DNA of 64,000 nucleotides from Vermamoeba vermiformis (Eukaryota): NCBI GenBank assembly GCA_045837725.1, contig JBEWZL010000056.1, positions 434,001 to 498,000 of the forward strand, read 5' to 3'. Shown piece by piece: positions 13,031 to 24,964 of this stretch (position 1 is its first letter; each line of letters starts with the position of its first letter). The notes under the pieces were generated by a model. It saw only the letters and a program-made list of their open reading frames with translations, ran no database searches and was not told where the DNA came from. The position numbers and the translations under genes were made by a program.

Positions 13031-15783
13031 CTAAGTAAAATCATAATATGTGTACTCCCTTTCAAAAAATAAAAATCTAGAGTTAGCCACAGCAGGGGCT
13101 GACCTTTCATGGCTTGAATGCCAGCTTAAAGTGTATGTGTGTGAATGCTGCTTTGTTTTCTGATCCACAAGTTGAAATAAACTGCCATCAGCTTCAATCA
13201 CACGTGTCAAATTGTGATAATGTGGATCCTAATAGAAAATCATTAGCATTGAACAACATAATTGCAATGGATTACCTTGAGTAATTTTGTTTGAACAACA
13301 GGCTGTTGTTGCAATGTCAGTAGATCCAATGTGAAATCTTCCTGAGTGGAGTGGAATAATATTATATTATCATCAACTGCCATTCTGACACGAACTTCAG
13401 ATCTGCCTCCCTCTGAGAACTGAATTCTTTTCATGAACACAAAATCCTTGTTGTAAATATCAAGCACACCATTGTCCACTTGTATAATGTATTGATGTGT
13501 GAACTTGTTGTAGCAATATGACCAGTTGTAACTTTCATTTTCTTTCTTAAATTTGTGCAAAGCCTGATTTGAATCTAAATCCCAAACAATCCCATCTGTG
13601 AACAGAACTCAGATTAGTGACATTCTTTAATCATTATGCAAAACAAACTTACCAAATAAAAGTATGTTTGCAGCAACAGCTTGAACTGTCAGAGCAAGCC
13701 TTCTATTTTTTTGGACACCAATGATTGGCACTGCGTTGATTTTGCCACAATGGTACAATTTCACTTCATATCCATCATAAAATGCAATTTTTGGAGGATT
13801 ATTTGGAGTTGATTCCAAGAAACACATGCTGAGTGTCTCCCTCAGGACACAGTCAGTCTCCAATAATTGTTTCTTGGCACAATTCCACAAGACCAGCACA
13901 GATCTGGTCATTTGATGTTGCCAAATAACAAGCCAGTTCTCATCCAGGTCCAAGTAGCGATAAAGTCTGCGATTTCTATTGAATTCACAACGCTGATAGT
14001 GACCTTTCATCCAGTTGTTGTAAAGTTGTGCTTCTTGAGCAAATTTTTTGTGCCAATTTGAAATTTGTTCTAATTTGAGTGATGGTTTGTACTTGATCAA
14101 GCAATTGCGTAGCATATTTGTTGTAATTTTGATTGATTTTGATACACAACTGAGCTCCATGACGTCATTCAGTGGCAAATGGTCACAAACAAGTTGAATA
14201 ATCTCCTGTGGCATTTCTGACATTTTGAAACTTGTTTCATTGAACCATGGAATTTCACCTGCAATTGAACAGAGGAATAAATCTCAAATTCTATATAAGG
14301 ACTAATCTTAAGCAAATATACCTTGTTTTGTTTCTAGTGCTATCTCATCCAGCAAGTATGGCACCAAGTCTTTGCCTAAATAGTCAACCACACGGTTGTA
14401 ATGTTGCATTTTCTTGCCTTGTCTAATGACCTCCTTAAATGCACAAAGATATGCTTGTCCAAAGTAATTCAAAAATTAGTATTTGTCCATATATGACGCA
14501 AAGACCTCACTTACCTTCATGTACTTTCGCATCTCCTTTTACATTGCACATGACAAAACGTTCTAGAGCAAAAACTCCTGACGCATCTCTGATAGAATAA
14601 AAGTATTAATCGATAAACAGCAACGTATTGAAAACGTTAGAACAAAACTGTAATAATGTTCGGCATACTGTTCGGCAAATAGAGGGACCAAGTACTCCTT
14701 CGGAATTAGTTGGACGAGATTTGCGTGATCATAGCGACTTATATAGTGCACAATATTCTCGCCTGCTGGTGTTTTAACTAAAAATGGAAATTTAGAAACG
14801 TTAACAAAAATAGATTGGATTAGACTTGTACCTTTCTCAAGACCCGGAAAAATAGTGAAATATTCGAATAGATTATCGTGTCCCAATTTCACGCAATAAA
14901 ATGCTGGTGAAATTGAAAACTCTCTGCATGGTTCAATTGAGATCCGTTCTTTGGTTAACATATCGAGGAGCTCATGTTTGGCCCCTGTTGATGCTGGACT
15001 GCCAAGAATAGCATAACTAAGCGATTCTCCTATAATTTATCAAATAATGTAAATACGGACTAATTGGCTGATCCGTTTTTACCGTTCTCGTTCAACGCAG
15101 ATGCGTCAGCGCCGCCTTCCAAAAGAGCTTCGAAAGCTTTAGGGTATCTAATTGCACGAAACAAACTAACGAAATTTCGTTCAATGAGCTGCTGAAATCC
15201 CTTGTGCGTCTTCATAAAGTCTTTTTCTTGAGGCATCCGCGCTCGATCTTTAGACATTCGTTAAAAGCAATCCCAAAAGCAAAAAAATCTTACTTATATA
15301 AATCTCCCACAGGTCGTTATTTAGTTTAGTATTCTCATCACGGAGAACGGATCTGCGGGCCAATAAAGTAGCGTGTTCAAATCTTTTCGCTTGAAGAGCC
15401 TGAAATCCATTTAATATAACGACTTCGCTATCATAATAATGCTTACTTGGTCTATGGCATATAGATATATATGATCCAAGCTCGTTGGAGGTGAAACTAA
15501 AGGATCGAGCAGATCTAGAAGCGTTTCGTCTTGAATATCTCCAACGAGGCTTCCAATAATTTTTAAATCATCCGAAGAATTAATATGTACTTGATTTTTC
15601 TCCGCTGCGTGCTTGAGAGTTTCAGCATTACCTTAAAATTGAAAAATTAAACTAAAATAGAAAAATCAATTACAAAGCTTACCGCTGCTCAATGCAGCTT
15701 TAATATCTTCTATCTATAATAAAATAAATATAATTGTTAACATTAAAAATTCTAAATACTATCGCAAATAGACTTACGTTCAT
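13031..15783 (-). CDS. Ankyrin-repeat plus F-box protein with a beta-rich C-terminal region (multi-exon)
   Basis: Ankyrin-like segments FEALLEGGADASALNENG and TPAGENIVHYISRYDHANLV. F-box SEMPQEIIQLVCDHLPLNDVMELSCVSK. The start was inferred from ATG AAC followed by a GTAAG donor at 15783. Confidence 0.65.
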
Positions 15784-15935
15784 TCAAGTTGATCTGGCAG
15801 TAAAACAGTGGCGTTAGCTTTTGCTTTCGATAACAAAGATAATTATATCTTTTGTGTCATTGCTTTCATCGATTAACAAAATGGCTATTTTTTAACCGGA
15901 AATTTCTCCTGCGCGGGAGAAAGAATATCGAACGT

Positions 15936-18134
15936 TTATTCCTTCTTCTTATTCAGCACAGGCTCTTCGTGCATTACATCAATCAAGTTCCATACAATAC
16001 TCAATACGCTAGCTATTGACGCCAAGCCAGCAAAGAACAAGCAAAGCCATGTAAAGCCGTAGTTGTCCGCGATCCACCCCGCCAACGGGAACACACCTAC
16101 AAATAAGCATATAAGAATATGTTTGACGTAAAGTATATAGATGTATCGTACCTGCTCCACCAAGGTTCACAAAGGCCGAAACAAAGCTGTAAGCAGTGCC
16201 TTCAAACTTCTCGTCCACGAGAATAGAGACACAGGGCGAGAGCGCAGCAGCCATGAAACAATAATGAACACCAATGCAAAGAATACCCACGAGAGGATGA
16301 ACAGTTGTAAGGCCTAGCATCATGAATCCAGTCACGCCAAAGAGGTTGCCAAGAGTGACGAGCCAACCGTTCAAACCAGTGCTGTCGACGAGCAAGCCGA
16401 AGAAAGGCGAGGCAATGAGGGCAGTAATATCGATCACGCTCACGAAGAAGTTGGAGGCATCGTCGTCAAAACCCCATTTTTGTGAGATATAGTCACTAAG
16501 GACGTGTTAGACAAAGGGTCGAAGTTGATACCTAGATCAAATCCGGTCTTACCTGGCCAATGAACGGAAGGCATAAACATCGCAGTAAATGCATACAGCA
16601 ATAACCGCACAGATCCAATAACGGGGTTGGAAGTTTCTAATATCTTTCAATGTGATCATCTGAGTGTGAGCCTCGTTTTCGACACGCGAGCTTTTAGCGA
16701 CGTTAGACTAGAAGTAGAACAACCAAGCTGAAACACACTTACTTTTTCTTCGCGCGCTTGTCCATGATGACATAAATAATGGTCGCCACAAGTGATAGGA
16801 CTGCTGTTATGGCGGCTGAAAGTGGCGTTAGTGTAAGGCATCGATGTGTCGCTTTCAGTTTAACTTACCGAACCACAGTGCCCAAATGTAATCTCCCATA
16901 TAGTCCGCAATAGCTGCTTCAGTATTGAAAGCAAATACTGAGCCCTAGAAAATTCAGATAAGTTGACCGTTTGACAAGATGACACGTGTCAAATGTCATG
17001 TATCACGTACCAAATGAGCTACGGTGTTCGTCATGCCCATCGCCTTCGCCAAGTGCTTGCCTTGGAACCATTCAACGCACATGCTATTTTGCACGACTAT
17101 AAGGTTGCGTTAGTATGCCTCATACGAAGCACAAATCAAGTTCAAATTTACCATAAGAAGACTCAGCTCCAATTCTAAGGAATAAAAGCGTTAGATTAAT
17201 GCATTTGCAAGAATAATGTCACGTACCCGTATATGAATCTACCGACTAACATGACAATAAACACGAAGAACGGATCCAGGTTGAAAAATCGATTGAGAGT
17301 TGGCGCCACCGCAAATATGACGGCGCCAAGGACAATAAGAAATCCAAATAACATTGCGCTCTTTCTATTGCCGATTCGGTCAATTAATACTCCTCCGCCA
17401 ATAACGAGGACGATGTTGGGAATGGCATAAATTGAAAAGAATAAACCGTAAAGGGACTTATTTAGCGATAGTTCCTATGAAGAAATATTTTGTTAATAAT
17501 TTTATGACATTAGCTATAATTTTATGCTTACTGATGTTAAATCGCCTTCAAGAGCCGAGACTGAATCATAAATGAAATAGCTTCCAAAAGCTAAGGAAAA
17601 AATAGCGTTAAAAGCTGCTCGAATTATATTTAAATATCACAATTATTACCTAAGAACGAAATACAAAATAAAATAACGATTTTGTAACACCAACCAACTC
17701 CGTAACCTGGTTCTCTAGGAGTAAATGTGCTCTCGTAGTCTGATTCATTAATAGAGCCAAATTGGTTATCTAAGAATGGCACGGCCTCTATTTTATCTTC
17801 GTCTAAAATTAAAAGTTTAGTTTATTTGTGATCGGATCCAGACTTTGACCAAATACAATTTTTATTCTGTATAAAGAACAATTCATAAAATGACAGGAGA
17901 ATTTATATTTAAATATTTAACGATTTGTTTATCCAACGAAAGTGTCAATTTAGATTTGACACACGATTGCGGTTACCTGCATCTTCGACCGTAGAGAGCC
18001 TAGTATAGTTACCACGTCGTTCAATTACTAAATTAGATCAAATTAATATCGGTATTGAAGTGATTTGGGACGGATCGAACGGTCTCGAACTACTTACCGA
18101 CATTCTTGGAGGTTGGGAAGTCTCGCATCGACAT
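15936..18134 (-). CDS. Major facilitator superfamily transporter, MFSD1-like (multi-exon)
   Basis: FCISFLAFGSYFIYDSVSAL, FSIYAIPNIVLVIGGGVLIDRIG and IASPFFGLLVDSTG motifs, with many TM segments. Exons splice in frame from ATG 18134. Confidence 0.8.
16979..16992 (-). promoter_or_regulatory. Intronic motif TTGACACGTGTCAT, copy 3
   Basis: Exact 14-mer on the sense strand in an intron of the MFSD1-like gene. Confidence 0.5.
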
Positions 18135-18393
18135 TTTCCAGTATCATATATAATATAAATAATAAATTAACTATTTATCTCCCGTGCTGTGCATTGCAAC
18201 AAAAGTTGGTTTAAATAAATTACCTGCGCAAAATAAATCTTTTCGTTTCTTCGCAATGCGATAAAGTTCCAAATATGGTTATCGATATGTCCATATAGTT
18301 GACCTCCTTATGAATCGAAAGTGCATTCACCAACACGAACGGATCGGGATCTCAGAAATTTTGGTGCACCAAGCTGTTTTTATTTCTATAATT

Positions 18394-19828
18394 CTATTCG
18401 TCGTTATTTTCTTCGTCTTCTTCTTCGCCTTCGGGCTTAGGAATAACTTTTGCCTCAGGATGGTCCTTCAAATAATTGCTAACGTGATAAAATTTGTAAA
18501 AGTCTTCTTCGATCAGATGCATCGGACCACAAATGATAAATGAATGCAACGGTGCTCCAATATTAATATATCTAAGTTCTTCTAATGTGCCAGACACGAT
18601 TGCTTGTGTCGGTTGACCGACTCTTGCGACAGCAAAGCATTTTGTTTCGGATCCGAGAACTAAAATAATTCATAAGCGTCAAATCCGAAGATAATATATC
18701 GTAAATTATCATACAATGTGTGTATATAATATGATATAATGAAAGGACGTACTGTTAGCTTTAACAATTTCTTCAGCTCCGATGAGTTGCTCAATGCACT
18801 GCATTGTGGTCATATAACGAGGAGGTTCGTAGATCTTTCGACCCCTAAGTGTATAATGGTTAGTATATATTATTATCATATCAGTAATATTATTAACTTC
18901 ATGCGATCGACAAAATAAAAAGCAACGGATCCGATCGTTCACTTACTTCATCAAGTTCTCAATAGACTGTTCTTTAACCTTAATATCTGAACCATATATT
19001 AATGTATTGTTATGAAAATAATGATAGCATATAAACTACGTACCTAATAAGCAGAGAGTATGAAAGCCATTATCTACGTTGATTTTGATCTTATCGTAGA
19101 ATGAAGTTGGTTTCCAAGTGTCAGTCCAGAACGGAATAGACACTGCTTGACCGAACAGATATAATTGCAGACCAGTAGCACCAATAGCATTCATAATGCT
19201 AGCGTTGTGGACGACCTAGATCGATTAGGTTATATTAATAAGAAATGATAATAGGAAGGATTTGTATACCTCCACTTTGAGATTTCTTTCGCGAGCACGC
19301 AATACCAAGTCAGCATGAGTTGTAGCACTAAAATTTGGATGCGATCAGAAACCAGATCGTGATCGAGATTGATATTCGCTTAATTACCCGAAGGGATCGC
19401 CTACTACGAGCATAGCGACTTCGTGACCTTGCGAAGCCTCGTCTAACATGGTATCTGCTTGTTGTTCAACGAAGTCACGATCAGCTTCAATGACTGGTCG
19501 ACCGTAGAAGGCTTCCTTTAATCGTAAAAAAATACATTAATCAACTGGTAATAATAGGTAGCTATTTAAATAGCTTATTATCAAAATTACTATTTTCTAG
19601 ACTGAAATAAAAATGAGATCGTAACGGAGATCGCAGACCAATCTCTTAACGGTTAGATTTTTAATACTGATACTAATCAATATTGCTTACCAATTTATCT
19701 CGAGAAATACCAAGAATAGAAGTGTATGATTCTAAATAGACGGATTTGCATTTCTTTACAATCTCCAAGCCCTTCACGGTGATGTCTTTTTCATCGCCAA
19801 GACCGAGACCAACCAAATATAATGTCAT
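18394..19828 (-). CDS. DPH5: Diphthine methyl ester synthase
   Basis: [70 protein letters not shown] and GAPLHSFII in spliced exons. Confidence 0.95.
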
Positions 19829-19912
19829 TTTATGTTGTTGTACTTATTGAAGGTTAACTATTGTTTTCGGAAGCCCGATCTTATTTTATTTTGACAGATC
19901 ACGCGACCAGAG

Positions 19913-21381
19913 ATGGACAAAGAAGTCTTTTTTCATACACTACCATTTCTTATTAAAATTAAAACTCTTGGATCAAGTCCATCAAGTGATATCTCAGCCA
20001 CACAAGATCAGCCGCCAACTCTCGATCATCTGTTGGATCTTTCCTCCAAAGAACTATTATTGAATGGCTATTGTTTATTCGCAACTACCGATACGAACAA
20101 AGTTATAGCATGTTGGGACAAGACTCCAAAAAATCGAACACAATCGGTAATTTCAAAAAATAATTCTAAAAAAATCCAAATAATAGCAATAACATCATAT
20201 ATCTCAAAATATAACTGCTTTGATCGTATGAAATTTATTTGCACCCATAATAAGCCATTAGCTGACTTTCACATTTTCGTAGAAATTCAAGCTTGAATTG
20301 GTGCGTACAAAAGCGAGGTAAGCCGTTATTTTAGTTCAAAAGATGCTTAATAACGCCCTTTTTACTCGAATTTAGCTATTATTCCTTGTTAGCTACATTA
20401 GAAGATAAATTCGAATACATTCTTGACCACTCACAAGTCACGAGGCTATCAATCTATCCAGCTATTGAAGGTGAATATCAACACCATTATTATATCACAC
20501 TCGGTACCTCTAAACAATTTTGTGAATATAGACGCAAAGAAAATAACAGAAACGCCGCTCGAGGAGCTCAAACCGCCCTACATTCGCTTTTCATTTCCGT
20601 TCGTTGCCTTACAAATCTACAAGCCATTTTCAATACCTAAGAACCTAGATAAAGAAGTAGTCGTCACTAAGTGGCAACAGCAATATGAAGAGCTATTCAA
20701 GTACGTCAATTTTCAAACTACATTCGGATGTACTAATGTACTATAAGATCACTACAAGTTATGCTGAAATCACTCAACGCGAACAAAATATCATCGCCTT
20801 TTGATATATCAGTATTAGATGGTATGTACATGGAACTTGAACGCAAAAATGACGCTTAACTTAAAATTGCAATGTAGATCCGACAGCGCGCATTAAAGCA
20901 CAACGAACTTCGTGGCTATCATTTATGGCCTCGCTACCAATATTAAACGATGTATCACCATTGTTTTTAGGCGCAGATAATGACAAGTACGTACAAGGTT
21001 AATGCATAACAGCAATTCTTTTGGTAATTAATTTTGTCGTGCAGAGAAATTGACGAAAGTTTAAGCGATCAATTGAACAAAACAGCAAATTACTTCAGTC
21101 AGGCACATATATCAAGCGATTCAACAAAGTATTTAGCGAACGCAACCGAACAACACATGAAAGCGATTGAAAAGCAAATTGACTCAAGTGTCGATGAGAT
21201 TTATGCAAGTTTCGAGCCAAAAAAGGAAAATAACAACAATAATAATAATAATAATTCGGAATCAAAATCAGACTCGTCGTTAAATCAGACAGAAATGATG
21301 AAAAATTTGCACGCACTTCAGAATCAATATATGGAACAGTTTGAAGCTAATTTAATGTTAAAATTATTGCCTACTAAATAA
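19913..21381 (+). CDS. Hypothetical multi-exon protein
   Basis: Successive plus-strand ORFs separated by GT-AG introns, with an Asn-rich patch near the end. No family recognised. Confidence 0.5.
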
Positions 21382-21680
21382 TTACATACTCGCCATTGTA
21401 AATAAATAGTAAATAATGCGGATCCATTGTTAGCTGTTGGAGTAACACGATACGATGAATTGTGCAATTAGAAGGGGCTAATTATTAGTTCCTAGTACTT
21501 GTTGTACTATTTTCTACTCCATGCCATTGCTCGGTTCGTTAGCCTAGGTAAGAATGTAACGCCAAATCCGGCGTAACAAGCTTAACACTTGATAAAATAC
21601 TATGTTAAGGTTAATATAAGATGTTACTTTAATACAATTGGGCTATAATTACATTGTGCGGTTAAGTTGTACGCTCCTCG

Positions 21681-22013
21681 CTATTTCCAACCGAGTGACG
21701 CCATCTGGTCTGAAACCTCTCCTTCAATTTCGTTATAATAAATTTCTATTATCTTCTCTATTAACTGCTCCTTAGTGGCATATGTTGGTACGGATATTCC
21801 TCGGTCTAATATAATTTCTTGGAGTGTTTCAACTGGCAGAGCTTCTAATCTGAACGGACTTGTGCTCGAACCACTCTACAACGACAATTTATCAGTAAAT
21901 TATTAATTTTTGGTGCTTTTAACAATAGCATCATAGTCTATGGCAAACTATTGGTCGTCAAAGCCGAGATTCAACATCCACCGATTTAAATGACCTACCG
22001 ACAGGCTATTCAT
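21681..22013 (-). CDS. Small SAP/HeH-like domain protein (two exons, absent from the ORF track)
   Basis: ATG AAT AGC CTG TCG|gtaggt...ttgtag|AGT gives MNSLSSGSSTSPFRLEALPVETLQEIILDRGISVPTYATKEQLIEKIIEIYY, a helix-extension-helix pattern. Confidence 0.5.
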
Positions 22014-22138
22014 GTTTACAGCGCACAAAAGCTCTTATTAAGGACCACTAAGGACAGTTATAACAAATGTGCTTTCCCTCGTGCTTTGGTTGATAAAAAT
22101 TGGTGTCACTTCGATCGGTTTATTTTTTGCATCCCTCA

Positions 22139-23943
22139 ATGGGAAATCAACACGATAAGCCACATCACGGGCATGCTCCTCGTGAGGGCCACGGCACTGG
22201 TACTATTCACTACAACGCACCAGTTGAACCACCGAAGTTCACCACATTCAGAGACAAATATGAAACTATCGAGCAGGTGCAAGATGCACTTCGATCGGCT
22301 GGCTTAGAGGGCTCCAGTTTAATTATAGGTACTTAAATAATATTCACACTATATATTTGCCTCGTGCACGAGGCTTGATTTCGTCGAGAAAGATAGCCAA
22401 AGCTCTAAATTAATTTTTGAATTATTTTTTTTTGCATCTCCAATATTTTTGGAATTCTTGCTAAGCCTTGATTTTTAGGTATCGACTATACCATCTCTAA
22501 TAAAGATTCTGGCAAAAATACGTTCAATGGACAAAGCCTTCACTCGATCACGCCTAATCAGTGGAATCCCTACCAACAAGTCATTGCAATTATGGGCAAG
22601 ACTCTCGAGGTAATTACCGATACATTACGTATTCATATTGATACGAACACAATGTAAATTGCTCTTTTGAGATTAATCGCGTGAATCTCGATCAACTTTT
22701 TTGACCGTTACAAAGTAAAGTGCTGACTCGATCTAACCTGAAACTTTGCTTATAGGTGTTCGACGATGACAAATTAATACCGGTCTTTGGTTTTGGCGAT
22801 AAATTGACGCAAGACAAGTCAGTTTTCCCGTTCTATCCCGATCGACAGTGCTACACCTTCCAAGAGGTCTTAACACGCTACGCTGAGATCACTCCGCAAG
22901 TTAATATGGCTGGACCTACTTCGTTCGCTCCTTTAATAAGGTAATTACTCAAAACTATGTTACACGAAGCTTGGTTAGCTTGCCACAGCAAAACTTTTTT
23001 GTCGATCTTGGATCGAGCGTTTGTCTGGAACTCATTACCCTTGCTTATCTTACATATATCTTTGCCATTTTTGCTCAGTACTAACGTGCTTGCACACAGG
23101 GAGGCCATTAATATTGTCAAGAAAACCCAGGCATATCATATTTTGGTGATCGTCGCAGATGGACAAGGTAAGATTCAAAAATTGACAAATCGACTTCTAG
23201 TTTTGAAATTATTTTACTCTTGCACAATCATGCTTCGTCCAATTAGTGTGATACAATAAGTTGGACGCCGTATAATGTGCATACATTGACTCGAGTATGA
23301 CAACTAACTCTCGTAATGCATTTTATTCAAATGAACTGGAGATACTAATTTACTCGAACATACATTATTAATACATATACAATCGCCGCATTATTGAGTG
23401 ATAGCTTTAATTAGCTATTTGCTGATAATAGGACGGGATTGTAGGATCTGACATCTGGTCAGATCGAGCAATATTTTTGAGCCCAAAATTACTTCTATTG
23501 ATATCTTATTACTACACTAATATACTAAAAGATACCGTCTTGTTGAATTATTCGTTAATTCGTGTTGTTTAGTGACACCTGACTCGGAGTTCTGTCAAGC
23601 AACAAGCGAGACGCGCCGTGCCATAGTCGAGGCCTCAGAGTACCCACTGTCCATTATACTCATTGGAGTGGGCGATGGACCTTGGGAAGTGATGGAAGAG
23701 TTCGACGATGAGTTGCCACAACGACGCTTTGACAACTTTCAGTTCGTTGATTTCTTCAAGACGATGAAGTACGGTGGTGCCACGCCTCAAGCGCAAGAAG
23801 TGTCCTTCGCCCTCGCAGCATTGCAGGTACGCTATTGCACGATGCTTTATGATAGAGTGCTAATCAGTATTCTTTTTCAATAGGAAATTCCTGAACAATA
23901 TACGGCGATCCGACAACATAACTTGTGGAATAATTGTAAATAA
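22139..23943 (+). CDS. Copine-family vWA protein, RGLG-like, without a RING domain
   Basis: MGN start, [76 protein letters not shown] and ALQEIPEQY. Confidence 0.9.
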
Positions 23944-24096
23944 GACTTGATTGGTATGTAAATAAATATTTGTATAGTTGTACAGTTGCACGTAGTTCTG
24001 GAGCTGCGAAGTTGTTTCTCCGAAAGAATTTGCCCGAGAAGAATTGATTGAGTTTTTGGATTGCGGCAAGAAAGATTCATCTTTACAACTTTAATC

Positions 24097-24903
24097 ATGA
24101 AGCACCACACCTTATTAATTGGTGTTACATTTTCTGTTTTCGTGGCAGTAATGTATGCCACAGAACAGCCCTCCATTGATTCTATCGAGCTGAATTGGCC
24201 TGATAGATTCACCGCGACCGTAGAAGGCAACCAGTACTCCCAAAGATTAAGTTATACATACGACTACATTAACCAAAGAGACAGAATGGAGCAGGCTTCA
24301 AACGTAACTATTCGCACTAAAAACGAAGACAACTCGATCGAAATCCGTTGGAACCGAGACCATGTTGCCCTGCCTGTTAAATGCGAAGAAAAAACCATAG
24401 AAGATTGGTCATTGATGCCTAAGAACTGGTTTTCTTCCTTTAACAAGACCCTAGTTTTCGTTAATACTGCTATGCCGGACTACTCAAGAAACTTCGCAAG
24501 CGTGCAGTTCCAGTGGCGCTTTAGAGTAAGGGCATCGCAATTAGCAAGCTTGTTTTTTGTCCCGAAAACAGTACCACTGCTTAATAACTACCGAGATACG
24601 CCACCTGAATTACAGATCACTAAAGTAAAAAATATTCTGGTGACTGTCATGTCGTCAGCCTTCGATCCCACTTGGCCTCAGGAATGGACGATTGACTTTG
24701 ACCTCCCTGAGCAGTTCAAAAATCAAAATCAATACTTGTATGCCAAGGGTCTTCGATTTTCAGTGAAGAAAACCTTTGTTGAAGAATTGGTCCCGCTCTA
24801 TTTCGACAAATTGTTTGAAGTGCCTTCGTACATCAAAGAATGCACTAGAGTCGATCTTAATCCTCCAACACAACCATCTGATGACGATAATGAAGATTTT
24901 TAA
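24097..24903 (+). CDS. Secreted protein, weakly ependymin-related/LolA-like at the N-terminus; single exon
   Basis: Signal peptide MKHHTLLIGVTFSVFVAVMYA followed by WPDRFTATV...YTYDYINQRDR. Confidence 0.55.
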   Translation: MKHHTLLIGVTFSVFVAVMYATEQPSIDSIELNWPDRFTATVEGNQYSQRLSYTYDYINQRDRMEQASNVTIRTKNEDNSIEIRWNRDHVALPVKCEEKTIEDWSLMPKNWFSSFNKTLVFVNTAMPDYSRNFASVQFQWRFRVRASQLASLFFVPKTVPLLNNYRDTPPELQITKVKNILVTVMSSAFDPTWPQEWTIDFDLPEQFKNQNQYLYAKGLRFSVKKTFVEELVPLYFDKLFEVPSYIKECTRVDLNPPTQPSDDDNEDF

Positions 24904-24964
24904 TTGTGATTAGTTTAGAGATCGGTCAAGCTTTAATAAATAGAATACATGCCAAATACTTTGA

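Noticed and set aside
13198-13211. Near-matches to the intronic 14-mer here and at ~43792
   Set aside because: They are imperfect and lie in coding exons, so they were not counted.
18269-18278. CArG-like CCAAATATGG upstream of the MFSD1-like gene
   Set aside because: A single short AT-rich motif; too weak to call without other evidence.
21228-21256. AAT/AAC repeats here and near 9950
   Set aside because: Ordinary coding poly-Asn tracts.
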